Assembly (NCBI RefSeq): GCF_963921235.1
Contig: NC_086109.1
Coordinates: 29,948,001 to 30,012,000 of the forward strand
Direction of reading: 5' to 3'
From: Mobula hypostoma
Taxonomy: Eukaryota
Length of the DNA: 64,000 nucleotides
Below the pieces are notes generated by a model. That model ran no database searches, was not told where the DNA came from, and saw only the letters and a program-made list of their open reading frames with translations. The position numbers and the translations under genes are program-made. Shown piece by piece: positions 13,175-26,944 of the stretch (within the stretch, counting starts at the first letter, position 1; every line of letters starts with the position of its first letter).

Positions 13175-13815
13175 ACTCTGCTCCCCATTTCCACCCTTTT
13201 GCTCACACGGTTCTCAGCCTTCACTACTGCACGAAGCCAACAAGAGTAAAGTAGCAGTACCTTCTATTCTACTTGGGTAGTCTACAACCTGATGGCATTA
13301 ACATTGAATTCTCCAATTTCAGGTAACCCAAACTCCCTCTTCCTTCCTTTCTCTCTTTCTTATTGATCCAGGTCCCTTTATACATTTCTTTTCATACCTC
13401 TCCTCCTCCCTGGTTCTATCTGTCTATCACTCACTCACTCTACTGGGACCTCTACCCCTTCCTTTCTAGTTCCTATCTGCCCACCATGCCTCCCTTGATT
13501 CTATTTGTAGACTTGCTTTCTACTTGGATTTTATAATCTGCAGCTCTTTATCTCCAATTATTAGCTCCTAGCTTCTGTTACAATTTCTATCCTTTCCTTC
13601 TCTTCTTCCACCCCCCCGACCTAGTTATATCTGTCCATAAACACCTCTTCACCCAATTCCTTAATTTCCATTCCTAGCCCATCCAACCCCTCCTCTTTTT
13701 ATATTGGCCATCTCCCCTTTATACACACAGTCCCAATGCAGGATTGTGACTATAATTGTAGTCTCTCCTTTTCTTCAGCTGCTGCCTGACCCACTGAATT
13801 CCTTCAACATTTTTT
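13175..13815 (+). mobile_element. Penelope-like family A 3' end, old
   Basis: LGSLQPDGINIEFSNFR C-terminus followed by the pyrimidine-rich tail and a decayed terminal repeat. Confidence 0.7.
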
Positions 13816-14179
13816 TTTCACTGTAATTACTCATAGTGAGCCAATTCCCTGGATAACATCCTGCCTGCTGATAGAGATACTGGTGTATGGACATGAAAGC
13901 TGCAGCTGTTTTGTTCATCTGAGACTAGGGACTATTCAACATGTCTAATCATTAAACTGAGTCTTCAAAGCCTGTGTCAGTATGTTCTTCTGTAGGAGAG
14001 AGGTCTGGGCAGCAGATGCATAGATCCTGTGTTTCAATCAAATCCCCTTTCTTCATTCTAAACTCTAATCGATGTAAGCATCCCACCTATTTCAAATGTT
14101 AGTCTAGAAAACATTAGTTTTCTTTATTCAGTAAGGGGGCAATACAAAAGAGCAGTAGACCTCATAGATGTCTTCTAAT

Positions 14180-14420
14180 CACGGTGGCATGGTAGCGACC
14201 TGGATTCAATTCCCGCTGCTGTCTGTAAGAAGATTTTTATGTTCTCTCTGTGACCACGTGGGTTTCATATGGGTTCTCTGGCTTCCTCCCACATTCTAAA
14301 GATGTGTGGGTTGGTTAGTAGGTTAATTGGTCACGTGTGTATTTGGGCAGCATGGGCTCACTTGTTGGCCAGAAGGGCCTGTTACCATGCTGTATTCTAC
14401 ATAAAAAAAATTAAAAAAAT
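14180..14420 (+). mobile_element. V-SINE (tRNA-derived, HE1-like)
   Basis: B-box-like ggattcaattccc; V-domain cgtgggtttc...ttcctcccacattctaaagatgtg; CR1-like tail gaagggcctgtt; A-rich end. Confidence 0.8.
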
Positions 14421-16629
14421 AACAAGAACGGTAGCTTAAGATTCTTAGAATATGCTAATTCCATCAGTGTATATCAGTTATTAAGCTTTCACTGGATTGA
14501 TGACATTTGTGTTTGCAATGATTTGCCATGCAGTGAGCTGACCATTGAGATGTATTCTGCTGGATATTCGTTTTTGCACTTAAGGCAACTGTAAAAAAAG
14601 TTGTAAAGACAACGGGCATTGAAACGAGCATTTGAGATTTAGCTGTTGATAGTTGTGGTTAGTAGTGACTGAATGTTACAGAGGACATTGGGGGCAGAGC
14701 AAACAAGATGGACAACTCAGCTGGTTAAAAAGAAGCCACAAAAGTTCCTAGCTAACTGCCTTCATTTGTGCCAGATGCCACAGGGACTACACAAAGTTGA
14801 CTGCTGGGACTTGTACCATTCTCCAAGATTATTACGCGTTTCTTTGCTTATTATTTATGTCAGTAGGGCTAAGAACATTTATTGCCATTTAGCGTTTTGA
14901 GTTGGAAAATGTATCTATTCAAATGTAGCTAAAATGAAATTTTAGATGCAGTGTCATGGTACGAATATCAAATTGTACCCTTTTTTAAAAATCAGAAGTA
15001 AACATGCAACATGCACTCAAAAAAAGATTCATTTCCAGCAGACCTATGGCATTCATGTCCAAATATAATATTTTCAAAATTTTATGCTTATGTGCTCCTG
15101 GACTGATGTAATCAACCTGTGTCACAATCAGTAATTTTGTATTATTTCCCTTGGCTGTTGGTGTAAATCCTGAAAATGTGTAGTTGCTGCAAAATGTTTT
15201 TCTTTGGTTGAATGGAGAGTACAGCATCTGTGGTTAGAAATTATTTTGCAAGGTAGAGAATAGTCATTTGGAAGATTTGAGAACTGCTATGAGTATCCTC
15301 TGTGAAATTTAAATTTTTGCAGTATGTTTAGAGCATGTGATCAAAGTGAAATGTAAATGTGGTAAAACAAACTTCATGATAATTGTGCTGGTAAATCTGA
15401 TTCTGATGTTTCAGTACATTTTAATACACTGGATAGTGATTCTGTTTTTCTAATGTAGACTATAACAGTTAATTTCTCAGTGTACACTTAAGATTTTTAA
15501 AAATATGTTTAGTCTGACGTTAATGAGTGTGGAATAGCATTTATTTGTTTGAACTTGATTTGTTGCTTGAGCTGAATCTGTCTTTGTGGTGATTGTACTT
15601 TGTTTTGGTCAGGGAATAGCAATTTATATTTGAGCCAGAGAAATTATTCCATGATACGTGCTTAAGATTACAGCTCTCGTCTGGTTTAATGGTAGAGGTT
15701 ACAGCGATGTACTAAACAAACATTTTTTATGGTAGTGCATTTGTATATATAACACAACAAATGTATCAAGGCTCACTCACTAATTTGTGCTTCAATATTC
15801 TATAATTGTACTGCTGCTATGTATTTTTATTTAAAGTAAGTTTTTGAACTAGTGACTCCAACACCTGAATCTGTTTAATATCAAATTACTTTTTGGACTG
15901 GACAGATGATGGTAATGAACACTTGAAAATTCAAATGAGATTGAAGTATGTGTGTAACTGCCAAAAGGGTGTGTAAACGTTATTTGTCAGTAGCATATTG
16001 GGAAGAAGCTTCTAAGCTTTTGTATCCCTTGGTTATGTACTTCAGTTTAATTGCACTTGTTATTTCTAAATGAAAGTGTTTTTTTTAATTTTCCTCCTAG
16101 TCTTTAATTTCTTCCTAAATATGAACCAGTTTGTAACAGTATCAGTGTTTGTACTCTAGATCCTTGGATACTTGTTAAAACAGTAGGTTGCTGACTATAA
16201 AACTGAAAAAAACAGGATAAGTTCCCAGCTGGTGGTGAATAACTTGATCCAGATCAAAGTGATAGTGAAGGTTCTGTGAATGTCGACAGTGTTATGAATC
16301 AGGGTGAGGCATATAAGCCAAGGATAGCATTAATACTTGTTATCTGGTGATGACTGCTGGAAGTGCATGTATGCGAACATTGGGTATGGACATATTTGAA
16401 TATGTAGCCGAAATGTTCTTGCAGATTTAAAATGCCCTGCTTTGTGCTTACATGTGTATGTGAATGTTAGTTGCTTTTACGAGGTGCTGAAGGATGAGCA
16501 TGCATTTGGGTCCATCACTTGCCTGTAAGAAAGAGGGAAATTGAACAAATCAACCTTTAGATTCTTGCCGACTTTTAGTCACCTGCAATTTCAGTTAATG
16601 GATGCAGTTAATCAGGACTCAATCGTCAC

Positions 16630-16790
16630 GGATCCATTAAAGGTTTCAGCTTGAAACATCGACAGTTTATCTCCTCCCCCTTCCCTCCTTCCCCCCTCCC
16701 CCCCCGCAAGATGCTGCCTGACTTGCTGAGTTCCTCCTGCATTTTTGTGTGTTGCTCAAGATTTACAGCATCTGCAGAATCTCTTGTGCC
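16630..16790 (+). mobile_element. Isolated PLE family A terminal repeat
   Basis: gaaacatcgacag...gatgctgcctgacttgctgagttcctcc...gcatctgcaga, the same as other family A termini. Confidence 0.7.
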
Positions 16791-16844
16791 TATTGTAATT
16801 GATCCCTCTCTACTTTCCCTCCTTCAATTAATCTGTTAGTTTGT

Positions 16845-17920
16845 TGAAGAGGGAACCAACACAATTGATGAGGCCAGGTTAGTGGATATTATCTATTTGG
16901 ACTTTAGCAAGGCCTTTTGACGAGGTCCCATATGGAAAGCAAGAGAAGGTTAGATCACATGGGGTCTAGGGAGAGCTAGCTAAGTGGAAACATAATTGGC
17001 TTGAAGGTAGAAAGTTGTTTTTCCAATTTGAGGCCTGTGATCAGAGGTGCCACAGGGATTGATGCTGAGCCTGTTGTTATTCATCATTTGAATGAGCATT
17101 GGAAAGACATGGTTAGTAATTTGGAAGATAACAATGAAGTGGGTGGTATCACAGATAATGAGGAAGGTTATCAAAAATTACAAGCGAATCTTCAGTTAGG
17201 CACGTTGCTCAGGATGGTAAATGGCATGCAATACAGATAAGTGCAAGGTATTGCATTTTGGGAAGACAAATGATAATAGGACTTGATCAGTGAATGGTAG
17301 AGCCCTGGGGAGTATTGTAGGACAGAAAGATCAAGGAAAACAAGTACATGGTTCTCTGAAAATGGCATCACATGTAGACAGGGTGGTGATGAAGGCTTTA
17401 GACATGCTGACCTTCATCAGTGTGGGCAGGGAATATAGAAGCTTGGATGTTATGTTGCAGTTGGAATATTGTTCACTTGTGGTCACCTGCTATAGGAATG
17501 ATGGCATGAAGTTGGAAAGAGGTTTAGGAGGATGTTGCTGGGACACGAGGACTGCAAGAAACTGCACAATTGTAGGCGTAGCTCAGCATATCGTGGTAAT
17601 CAGCTTTTCCTTCACAGACTTTATCTACAATTGATGCTTTGGTAAAGAAGCCAGCATAATAAAGGATCCCACCCACCTAGGTATTCTCTTTTCTCTGCTC
17701 TCCTATCAGACAGAAGATACAAAAGCCGGAACCACTAAGCTTAAGGACAACGTTTATCCTACTGTTATAGGATTCTTTAACGGCCCTAGAGTATGATAAG
17801 ATAGACTTTTGACCTGACAAACTACCTCATTATGGCCTTTCACTTCATTACCCACCTGTGCTGCACTTCAGAATTTTCACTGTATCTTAGTACATGTGGC
17901 AGCAATAAGCCAAATTTGCC
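16845..17920 (+). mobile_element. Decayed CR1 RT fragment (to about 17540) followed by a Rex1-like 3' fragment
   Basis: YLDFSKAF and LHFG motifs; then IIKDPTH...RRYKS-type Rex1 C-terminus. Confidence 0.75.
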
Positions 17921-18019
17921 AAAATGTTTGCGGTGTATTGTCAAAGATGGGTGGAAGGATTTTGCATAAGCATTGTGCCACCTTGACTCTGGGATGGGCC
18001 TGTTCCAGGAGCTCTACAT

Positions 18020-18680
18020 AAACGCGAGAAAGTCTGCAGATGCTGGATGTCTAAAGCAAAATACACTTGAAATCCTGGAGGAATTCATCTGGTCGGACAG
18101 TGTCTATGGAAATGAATAGATAGTCGACGTTTTGGGCTGAAATCCTTCAGGAGTGAGAAGGAAGGGGGAAGATCCTAAAATTAAAAAAGTTGGGAGGAGG
18201 AGAGATGGAAGCTAGCTGGAAGGTGATGGGTGAAGCCATGTGGGTGGGAAAGGTTGAGGGCTGAAGAGGAAAACATCTGATGGGGGAGGAGAGTGGACCA
18301 TAGGGTGAAAGGAAGGAGGAGGGGATCCTGGGGGAAGTAATGGGCAGGTGAGAAAAGTAAAAGATCAGCAAGGGAAATAGAGGAGGTGGGGGCGGGGGGG
18401 GGGGAGAGAAATTACAATTTACAATGGGTCTCACCAACGTAGAGGAGACCACATCGAGAGTACTGGACAGGATAGACGACCTCAGTAGATTCGCAGGTGA
18501 AGTGTTGCCTCACCTGGAAGGATTGCTTGGGGCCCTGAATGGAGGTGGGGGAGGAGGTGTCTGGGCAGGTGTAGCACTTTCAGAAATTTGCAGGGATAAG
18601 TGCCAGGAGGGAAATTAGGATTACTGCGGAGAGGTGAATGGACGAGGGAATCGCAGAAGGAGCGATCCCTGTGGGCGGAA
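18020..18680 (-). mobile_element. Penelope-like family A 3' part
   Basis: Reverse complement of the terminal repeat at 18020-18155 and of the GIY-YIG region (V.YPVLS, QQSFQVRQHFTCES). Confidence 0.8.
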
Positions 18681-21600
18681 TAAAGATACCTGTATGTTTA
18701 GTGATATAAAGTTCTACTTTTGATGACTTCAACAAAATGTTTATTTCAATTTACAGTAAGTAGGGTTAGAGTTAACCCAAACCCTACAGCATTTTTTTGC
18801 ATGATCTTCAACAATTTCAGTTTTGCATTGTATCATGTATGTAGCAGTATCATACTGCGCGTAAATCAGCACCTAATTAAAGTACATTATCACATCACAA
18901 AAAGGTTGGGGGTGAAGAGATATATTCAAAGTCTCATGATTGTTCCTTGTCCAAGATACTTCAAGATTTGAAACTTGTAAGTTTCTAAAATCCTGCATGT
19001 GGGATTTGAAATGTTTTTTTTTATATCAGTTCAGGTTAGAATTTTAGGAGATAAAGGAAAAAAATATTATACTCTCATTTGAAGTGAGACTATCTTGGGA
19101 AGATGCTTTAATAGCTGTATGATCACAGTAACTCAGACAACAGCTTTGTGGTTTTAAGAAAACCTCCAGAAGTTGATATCCAATTTATGATTTCGTTTTG
19201 TGTAAGACCAAGCTTTTGTCAATTTTAACAATGTTACATTTATTGTCACAATTAATCCATTTCCAAAGTAACACCGCCTTCTCATGTACTATCATTCAAT
19301 TATTGGACAAGTTTAAATTGGTCGCAGTCTCTTTATCTTTGGATTCTTTACTGCTTTTACCTGTTGAACTTAAAAAAAAAATTGCCTGGTACTTCAGGTC
19401 TGAAAGATGCAAAAAGATCAAAAGGTTTTTCTCTCCTGAAACCTGCCTGTGCGCTGGATTCTAATTGAGCAACTATGGGAGAGAGCCAGATTACAAAATC
19501 ATGGAATTGGACAGTTCTGAACAATGTTGGCAGGAGGCTCATAATAAATGTCTTCTTTTCATTTGTAGTTGAATACTTACCTAAAGTGAAGGCAGCCTTG
19601 ATCTTATTTTTTTTTAAAAACTGGTCGTCGTAGAAGGATGGAAAGTTATAAAGATCACTAACTGAACATCCTCAAAAGACAATTAACCTGAATTAGTTGC
19701 CAAGTGGAAGGAAATGGACTGTAAATGACAACTTGCAAGCTATTATGAAGACAGTAATATTTAAAGTAAATGAACCTATACTTATACTATTTAAAAGGGT
19801 TCTTATACAGAATTTCTAACTATTAGTTATTTGTATATCTAGTTTAGATTATCTAATTTTATGTAAAGGCTATATTTATTGTATACATTCTATACAGAAT
19901 AGGGATCATTTAATTGTAGTGGCTGTAGTGTGAACACTTGTACTTTTAAAAAGCACTTTGTTTTATTTCACATCTCAGTTGAGCATGTTTTTGCCCATGT
20001 GACTTCATTGCAACAATTAGATAAAACTGTATCATTACGTTCTTTGGATTTTATGCAGACTGGAAGTAAATAACATTACATAAAATAAATATTTTTTGTG
20101 CAATTTCTTTTATGCCCCATTAAGAATAATTAAGTTATTAAGCCATGTCTTAAACATTGGTGGAACATTTTAAATCCATTCTGTGGGTTAATATACAGGT
20201 ATGATTTGTTCTCTAATTAGTCTCATGAAAGCTGTAATGAAACATAAAAATAGTCATAACAAGGCTTTTTGCTCACTAGTTTGTTGTAAAGAATGGATGG
20301 TATAGTTCTGCAGCAGCTTTGGCTGTTGTCTGTATTTGCATATTTTCTTGACTGTGTGACTTTCCCCGGCATGCTCTTAATTTTTTCAATGACCCACATG
20401 TTTGCTGGTAATTGGCCAGTGTGAATTAGCACTTAGTTATCAGCAGAAAGGATCACTTGTTGTGTTTGTGTGCATGTGAGAAAACACTGCAGTAGTACAG
20501 GGTAGTAGGGACAATGGAATGGGATTTGTGGGATGCTCGCTTGGAATTCAGTATGGACCTACCAGATGGGCTAAGTGGTGGCCTCCTTATAATATTGAAA
20601 CAGTGGTCCTCTAGCTGTTCTGAAGCTATGAAGTATTTAACAGAAACATTTAAAACTTTGCCAATAATTTGCATTTATCTAACTTAATAATGTGTTTTTA
20701 TCAAATTGCTGCAAAGGTTTTGTAGTATTGTCAGTGAAGGGTGGATGTTGTATATTATCAACGTTCCTCCTGTGATGTTTAATCATGAATTTTAAATTAT
20801 TTTTAATGTCCTTCTGTGTCATGTTCATGCTCTGATTTCTGTAATTCTAAAAAAGTTTTTTTTATATAGAGGGAAAGGAACAATTAATTTTACCTGACTC
20901 TTTAAAAGGCTGTTCAGAATTACAGTAACAAAAGCATTTCTAACTTTCATTGTCTACTTCCTGAACTATTTGAGATAAATAATGCAGATAAATAGAAGGG
21001 AATTGAAGTTGATCCAGATAATGTTTGTAAGTGAAGGGTTACTTGCATGTCGCACAGGCATTGGCTAGTTGGCAAAGGAGGCTTATTTACATCAACTAAT
21101 TACTCCCTGTAAATATTCAGCATGTGATCAAACGCCTAATATTGTAGTTCACACAATTTTGTTAGTTTCAGGAATAAAGTTGGAGGTTCTTGGCAAATTA
21201 ATAATAAACCTGAGCTGATGCAGATTCAAAGATGGATACTTCTCACTAACCATGATATAGGGGCTAGACTCAAGATTGACTATCCCATTGCCTCTGCAGA
21301 TGCTGCTTAATGCACTGAGTTCCTCCAGCAGTTTGTGTTGTTATTTTTTGCTCCACATTCTTGTTCTTGCAGTTTCTCTGTTGACTTAACTTGTCTGTGG
21401 AATTGCACGCAACCTTCAACAAGGTTGTGGGTGAATTGAAGGATGGAAAGAAATGAAGTTGTTTCAATTCTACAATTCTGGGGAAAGGACAAATAGGAAC
21501 AAACAAGTAGCTGATGATTACTGTTTCCAATACAATGAGGCAAGTTGTAAGTAAAATATTTTTGGATAACTCAAAGTTTAAGAGTTGTAGGCATATAACT

Positions 21601-21964
21601 ATCATTAGTGTTGTGATGAGTACCTACGGAGAACATCTGAGATCACGCCCGAAGAATGGATTGCAGAGATAACCAAGATCATTTTGTGAATTGCATGTAT
21701 TTGCTTTGTGTAGTTACCAAGAAAATGGATGGTGGTGATTGTGGGTCATTCATTTTAAAGTTTGATGTGTCTTGAGTTTTATGGTTGATTATTGAGGGAA
21801 TTATCTGCCAGGCATGAAGGAGGATAAGGTCCAATTGAGACTGGGTGCAATGAGGATTCCTTGTGAGCTCAATGAGCATGTCTGGTCAAGAATATTCAAA
21901 GGTTAAATACTAAGATTAGAGTTTCACTAAAAAAGGTAGTGGCAGCTATTAAATTTAAAGATAT

Positions 21965-22440
21965 CTCAAAGTTTAAAGTAAATTTATTAAAGTATGTACT
22001 CATTATGCAACCTTGAAATTCGTCTCCTAACAGGCAGCCATGAAAGACAGAAACCGCCCCCTCCCAAAAAAAACATGTACTTTTAAAAAGAGAGTCGAAC
22101 ACCCAGTGTGCAGAGGGGAAAAAAACGCAAGCGAATAGTGTTTTGAACTGAAGTCTACATGAGTCCCATAGTTCAGCATAGCGCCAAATAAACCTTGTGA
22201 AACAGTGATCTGAACTGGCCTGTACCCAGTGTCTAAATTTTTGACCAGACATTGGGTTTAATTGCTTTGTTACACTCTGGTGCTCGAATCTTGCTGCCTT
22301 GATCCGCCTTTGGCACTGTGCTTAATTCGATCAATCCTTCGGCCCTCCTCACTTTTGACAATAGGCCCGCCACCTTGCCTACCGTCAAATTCAAAGGGAA
22401 GTTACAGACTTTTCTTGCAATGATTATTTGCCAGAAAAAG
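21965..22440 (-). mobile_element. Non-coding retroposon with a Rex1-like 3' tail
   Basis: Minus-strand tail aataaatttactttaaactttga, shared with copies at about 41015, 44905 and 47350; no ORF. Confidence 0.6.
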
Positions 22441-23639
22441 TGTGATCTGACTAAGTTATCTATTTTAAATAATTAAAATAACCTTTATTGCCTTTTGAAG
22501 TGCCTGGAGAAAGAAAGTGAAAGAACTTTTAATTACATTGTGCCTCTATCAGGATGAGTTCCATTGCATCACAGTTAATGTACCTGATTAGAAATTGTTA
22601 TGTTGGCATTTATAGAAGAGTGCACATACTGATGCATATAGTTACCAACATCGATCATGAAACGTTTTTCTGAGATACTGGATAAGGGAATAAATAGCTA
22701 AACAATTAAGCTCTCTATATTTCTTCTATGATCACAAAATATAGATGAGATCATAATTTGGTATAGTATCCAAAATAAGACTGCACTCATTCTCGGAATT
22801 GGTGTAGATTGTGTGGTGTAATCCTCATTGGTCATGGATTCAGGACCTTTTGACTTGAATGTGAGCATGTAATCAATTGAGTCAAACTGTAATAAGCTGA
22901 TTAAACATAGTAATTATAATTATGGCTTAGAATTTTTGTATAATATCATTTGAAGTTGGAAGATGAATATATAAAGGGGTTCTTATTAAGACTAATAAGA
23001 GTTGGATTATGGTGCCGGGGGGGGGGCGGAGTTGGTGGTCTCTGGTATTAAAACTTAAAATGGCAAGTGGCATGACAATTTTAATTGTTTTCAAAAATTG
23101 TATTTGATATACTGAATTAAAAATAAAGACCTGTAATCATAAACACTGGACTGCTCCGATGGGCACCTACTGGATTAATGACGTAATGGTCTTCAGAAGG
23201 AAGACCATCTCATGTTATTGATCAGATAGTCTGCAATTGGTTTGGATTATGGTGATACATTCTCACACAATTTCAATAACTGCCTTTCAATTAATTTTAT
23301 TTCTAATAGTATTATAGCACTTGCAGAGAGGGAACTTGTGGAGATTTGCATGTGTATGCAATTGATGATGGTGCATTTAACAATGGTTTGCAAGCCTTAA
23401 GCCAAGTTTGAATTAAGTAATGTGCAAACAAAGTTATTTCTTCCTTTGCAGTGGCTTGCCACTGATTCATTTTGGGGCTCATAATATACAAATTGTCATA
23501 TTTGTCTTGAAACTTACAAATTGGATTGGACTGTGAGTGAGATTTTGCAGACAACCATGGTGGTTATAAATTTTATCAGTAAAGTGAATTGCTATACACC
23601 TGGTCAAAATAAATTTGTTCTGATCTTCGTAAGCCTGAA

Positions 23640-24733
23640 GCAATGTGACGCCTGTATGTTCCATGTATGGATACGAACCTCCCTCCCCATCATCTTCAAC
23701 ATGGGTGCCCCCTGGGACTGTGTGCTGAGCCTATTGCTGTACACTCTGTTTACACATAACTGTGCGGCCAAACACGAGTAATCACATTGTTAAGTTTGCC
23801 AATGAACAGCACTGGTGGGGCTCATTAAAAATCATGAGATGGCCTACAGAGAGGAGGTGGTAGAACTTGAGGTCTGGTGTCAGTGCCAGGCAAATAACCT
23901 CTTCCTCAATGTCAACAAGACAATAGAGATAGCTATAAACTTTAGGAGATCTCTCACCACTCACACCACTCTTTGCATTGGCAGTACAGCAATGGAAACT
24001 GCCAGCAATTTCAAACTCCTGGGAGTGCACATGTCATATAACCTCTCATTGTGTGAAGTGTGCTCTGGGACAATCAGGAAAGCTTATCAATCTCTGTACT
24101 TTCTGAGAAGGCTGAAGAGTGCTGGATATGAACATCTATAATTCTCATCATTCTACTGACATGCAGTGGAGAGCATTCTAGCTTGTTACATCTGCATGGT
24201 ACGGAAACTGCACTTGTACGGACAGGAAGGGTATTCAACAGATAGTCAAAACTGCCCAACACATCACTGGCATCGGCCTACCTGCCATCGAGGATATGTA
24301 CAGAAAGATGTCGGAAAAGTGCCAGTAGCCTCATGAAGGATGCCTCCCACCCTATTCATGGACTGTTTTCCCATTCTCATCCAGGAGGAGGCTACATAGC
24401 ATTCATGCCAGGAACATTAGACTCAAAGTTACTTTCCCCAAGTAGGAGGCTGATCAACACCTCCACCCACAAGCCCACTTCTCTGCACTCTCACCATGAC
24501 TACTTTATCGTCTTTTGTCAGCCACATTGTGTACAGACAATCCTTTCCTTAGCATCATTTTATGGACATACAATCAATCTATGTATATGGTAACTTTAGT
24601 ACTTGTGTTTATTATTGTGTTTATTTTACTGCTTTTTGTGCTGCATTGGATTTAGAGTAACATTTATTTCATTCTCCTTTGTACTTGTACAGTATACTGG
24701 AAATGACATTAAACCATCCTGAATCTTGAATCT
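23640..24733 (+). mobile_element. Rex1/Babar-like LINE fragment
   Basis: GAPWDCVLSLLLYTLFTHNC, NNLFLNVNKT, FKLLGVH and LYFLRRLK motifs; tail tgaatcttgaatct. Confidence 0.85.
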
Positions 24734-25245
24734 GATGTTTGCTGAGTTATTACTGTCCTTGATTGCTGCTTGAGACAACTATCATTTAGTTTGGAATGTA
24801 GGAGTTTTTAAGTCTAATGCAAAATTTAATCAGTTAACATTTATTGTCATCATGTTATATATTTATGTGGCCCATTAAAGATATTTTAACACATATGTAA
24901 ATGTGTTTTAAAGTCATTGGCACTAAATGACTTCACTGTGTTCATTCATTCATTATGTGCCATGTCGTATAATGTGGGCGGTCATGGTCTTGACCATGAT
25001 TGTTCTTGGCAAATTCTTTTACAGAAGTGGTTTGCCATTGTCACTGTATACAGATTTATTATAATTAGTTGTCCTTTTTTAAAATAAAAGTAATGAAGTG
25101 ATTCATTATTGAAAATCAATTTGACATCAAATAGTGACATTCATGAAATACAGGACTCTGTCATGCTTTGGGGTTAGTGTTTTAATACAGCTATTAGAGC
25201 AGTTAATTTAATGCTCGCGTATGTTTTGTTCCTTTCATTTTGCAG

Positions 25246-25559
25246 CTTACTTAAAGAAGGTTCCAAGATGTACACACAGTCAAAGTCAAAGAGAGCCTCA
25301 AGTTTCCATGAGTTTGCAAAAAGCACCAGTGATGCTTGGGACATTGGGGATGATGAAGAAGAGGAGTTCTTGTCTGTTGCTTCCCAGAATCTTAATTCAA
25401 AGGTTGCAATGGCAACAGCAGCTCAGGTCATTCAGAACCACAATAAATTAAAGGATCGGCCAGGTGAAAAGTTGCATCAGTCGGAATCAATCGATGAGGC
25501 TAAAACAAATGGCAAAGTGGTCAAGTCAAACAGCGAGGTACAACTATCAAAGTCTTCAG
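25246..25559 (+). CDS. TBC1D22B: Internal coding exon of TBC1 domain family member 22B (Rab-GAP); equivalent to about exon 3
   Basis: Peptide LLKEGSKMYTQSKSKRASSFHEFAKSTSDAWDIGDDEEEEFLSVASQNLNSKVAMATAAQVIQNHNKL...KVVKSNSEVQLSKSS matches the vertebrate TBC1D22B N-terminus as recalled (ASSFHEFARNTSDAWDIGDDEEEDF...LNSKVALATAAQVLENHSKL); acceptor cctttcattttgcag, donor gtaaag; 314 nt, phase 2 to phase 1. Confidence 0.93.
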
Positions 25560-26944
25560 GTAAAGGTTATACAAGTGTAGCTGGAGTGAGTTTTTCTCGG
25601 TCACTACAGAAAGTGGTAATTAACTTTTCGCATAATTTATTGATCTTGTACAAATTACTTTTGTAAGCAACGATTTTAGTGTTTTAAATGAACTATACAA
25701 GTGCTGGTAGTATTAAGCAGATCACATAGCATTTGCAGAGACTGATAAATAGGTGTTCAAGTTGATGAGCTTTCTTGTGTTATATGGACTGCTAGCTATG
25801 TAACTTACTTTCTTATTGTTTTAGTTTAGATTTTCAAAATATTTGTGTGCAAGGATACCCCCAAATAAATATACATCCTCTTTTTAAAAAAAAATGACAA
25901 TCCCAGATAATTTGCATAAAAGCAGTACCTTGATATCATTGATATGATGGATAATTTTTATTACCAAGTCCATTGAAAATTAAAACAGAATGCATACAAA
26001 TGTATAAAATGGTGATTAAATTTATTTCTTTTGTTGAGTGGGGACTTCCGGTATGTACCTGCTATTTCTAGCTGAGAGCTTAATTGATTACCTCTGGAAC
26101 TGAATACTTCCACGGTGCATCTTGATGAACCACGTTTCCTTTTAGGCCATGTAGATGGCTGATGACAATTACGCTTAAGAAAAGCTGGGAGCTGAATTAG
26201 ACAGATTTTTAAACTTCTGTCTGTTCAGCAATACACTATTCAGCTTATATGAAATAATCCCTTTCTCCCCTTTACTGCCTAATTTATCATATTTTAATGT
26301 AAAATAATTAATGAGAAATATGCAATGTTTGATCATCCAGGAACTTTCAAAGCATAATGGAAAATGCGGAACAGCAGAAAATCGGCAGTGGGGTGGGGTA
26401 CATAATTGTTTTTTGACTTGAAGAGGTACAGGTTTTGCAAATGCTCTACTATTAGGTATTTTCACAATGGACATGGATTGGGTAATCACATTCAAAGCCT
26501 ATTTTGGGGATGTTTTGTACAAGTTAATTAAAGAGGGACTGTCTTGTATCAGTTAATATATGAACCCAGTTAATGTTTTCTCATTAAGAATATTTTAAAT
26601 ATTAATGACTCAACTTTATTTTGTTTGAGTCCAATTGAGTACTTAAATAATGTTCTAGATTTGTATATCAGGTGCACAACTGAGAATTGTTGTATGAGTC
26701 TCTGTTTGCAGCAGTTATTAAATTGAAGCTGTTTCGGGGAGAACGGCTGTGAAGTGTTCTCTGGTATAATTTCAGGAATGCTGTTATTTGTCCTGATCAA
26801 CATATCAGCTTAACTAACACACCTTATTCTATGTTATGATGTGGAGTTTTGTCTTCCTAGATAACAGTCTGTGTCATGATTTCCCATTTGGTGAAGATAC
26901 AGCATCTGTGCATATGTCAGAGAAGTGAATTGGGGGAAAAATGT

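Larger units (their letters stand above)
11520..14050 (+). mobile_element. Highly decayed RTE-clade LINE, interrupted by younger insertions at about 12600-13820
   Basis: LTNAFNCV...LFKLLKKIGCPLNL at about 11550-11635 resembles the RTE motif DLTKAFD...LFKIL.KIGCP; possible C-terminal remnant near 13870. Confidence 0.55.

Noticed and set aside
14180..14220. tRNA gene (also 58258-58320)
   Set aside because: Only degenerate A/B-box heads of V-SINEs; no cloverleaf
18380..18406. G-quadruplex-like G run (also 23017-23030)
   Set aside because: Simple G/C homopolymer expansions, mostly within PLE tails; no evidence of function
22510..22870. Ancient Deu-domain SINE remnant (also about 47100-47170)
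   Set aside because: Resemblance is faint and from memory only; too degenerate to call without a profile search
25211..25666. 151-aa ORF as a complete single-exon gene
   Set aside because: Similarity to TBC1D22B is confined between the AG at 25244-25245 and the GT at 25560-25561; the flanks are intronic read-through
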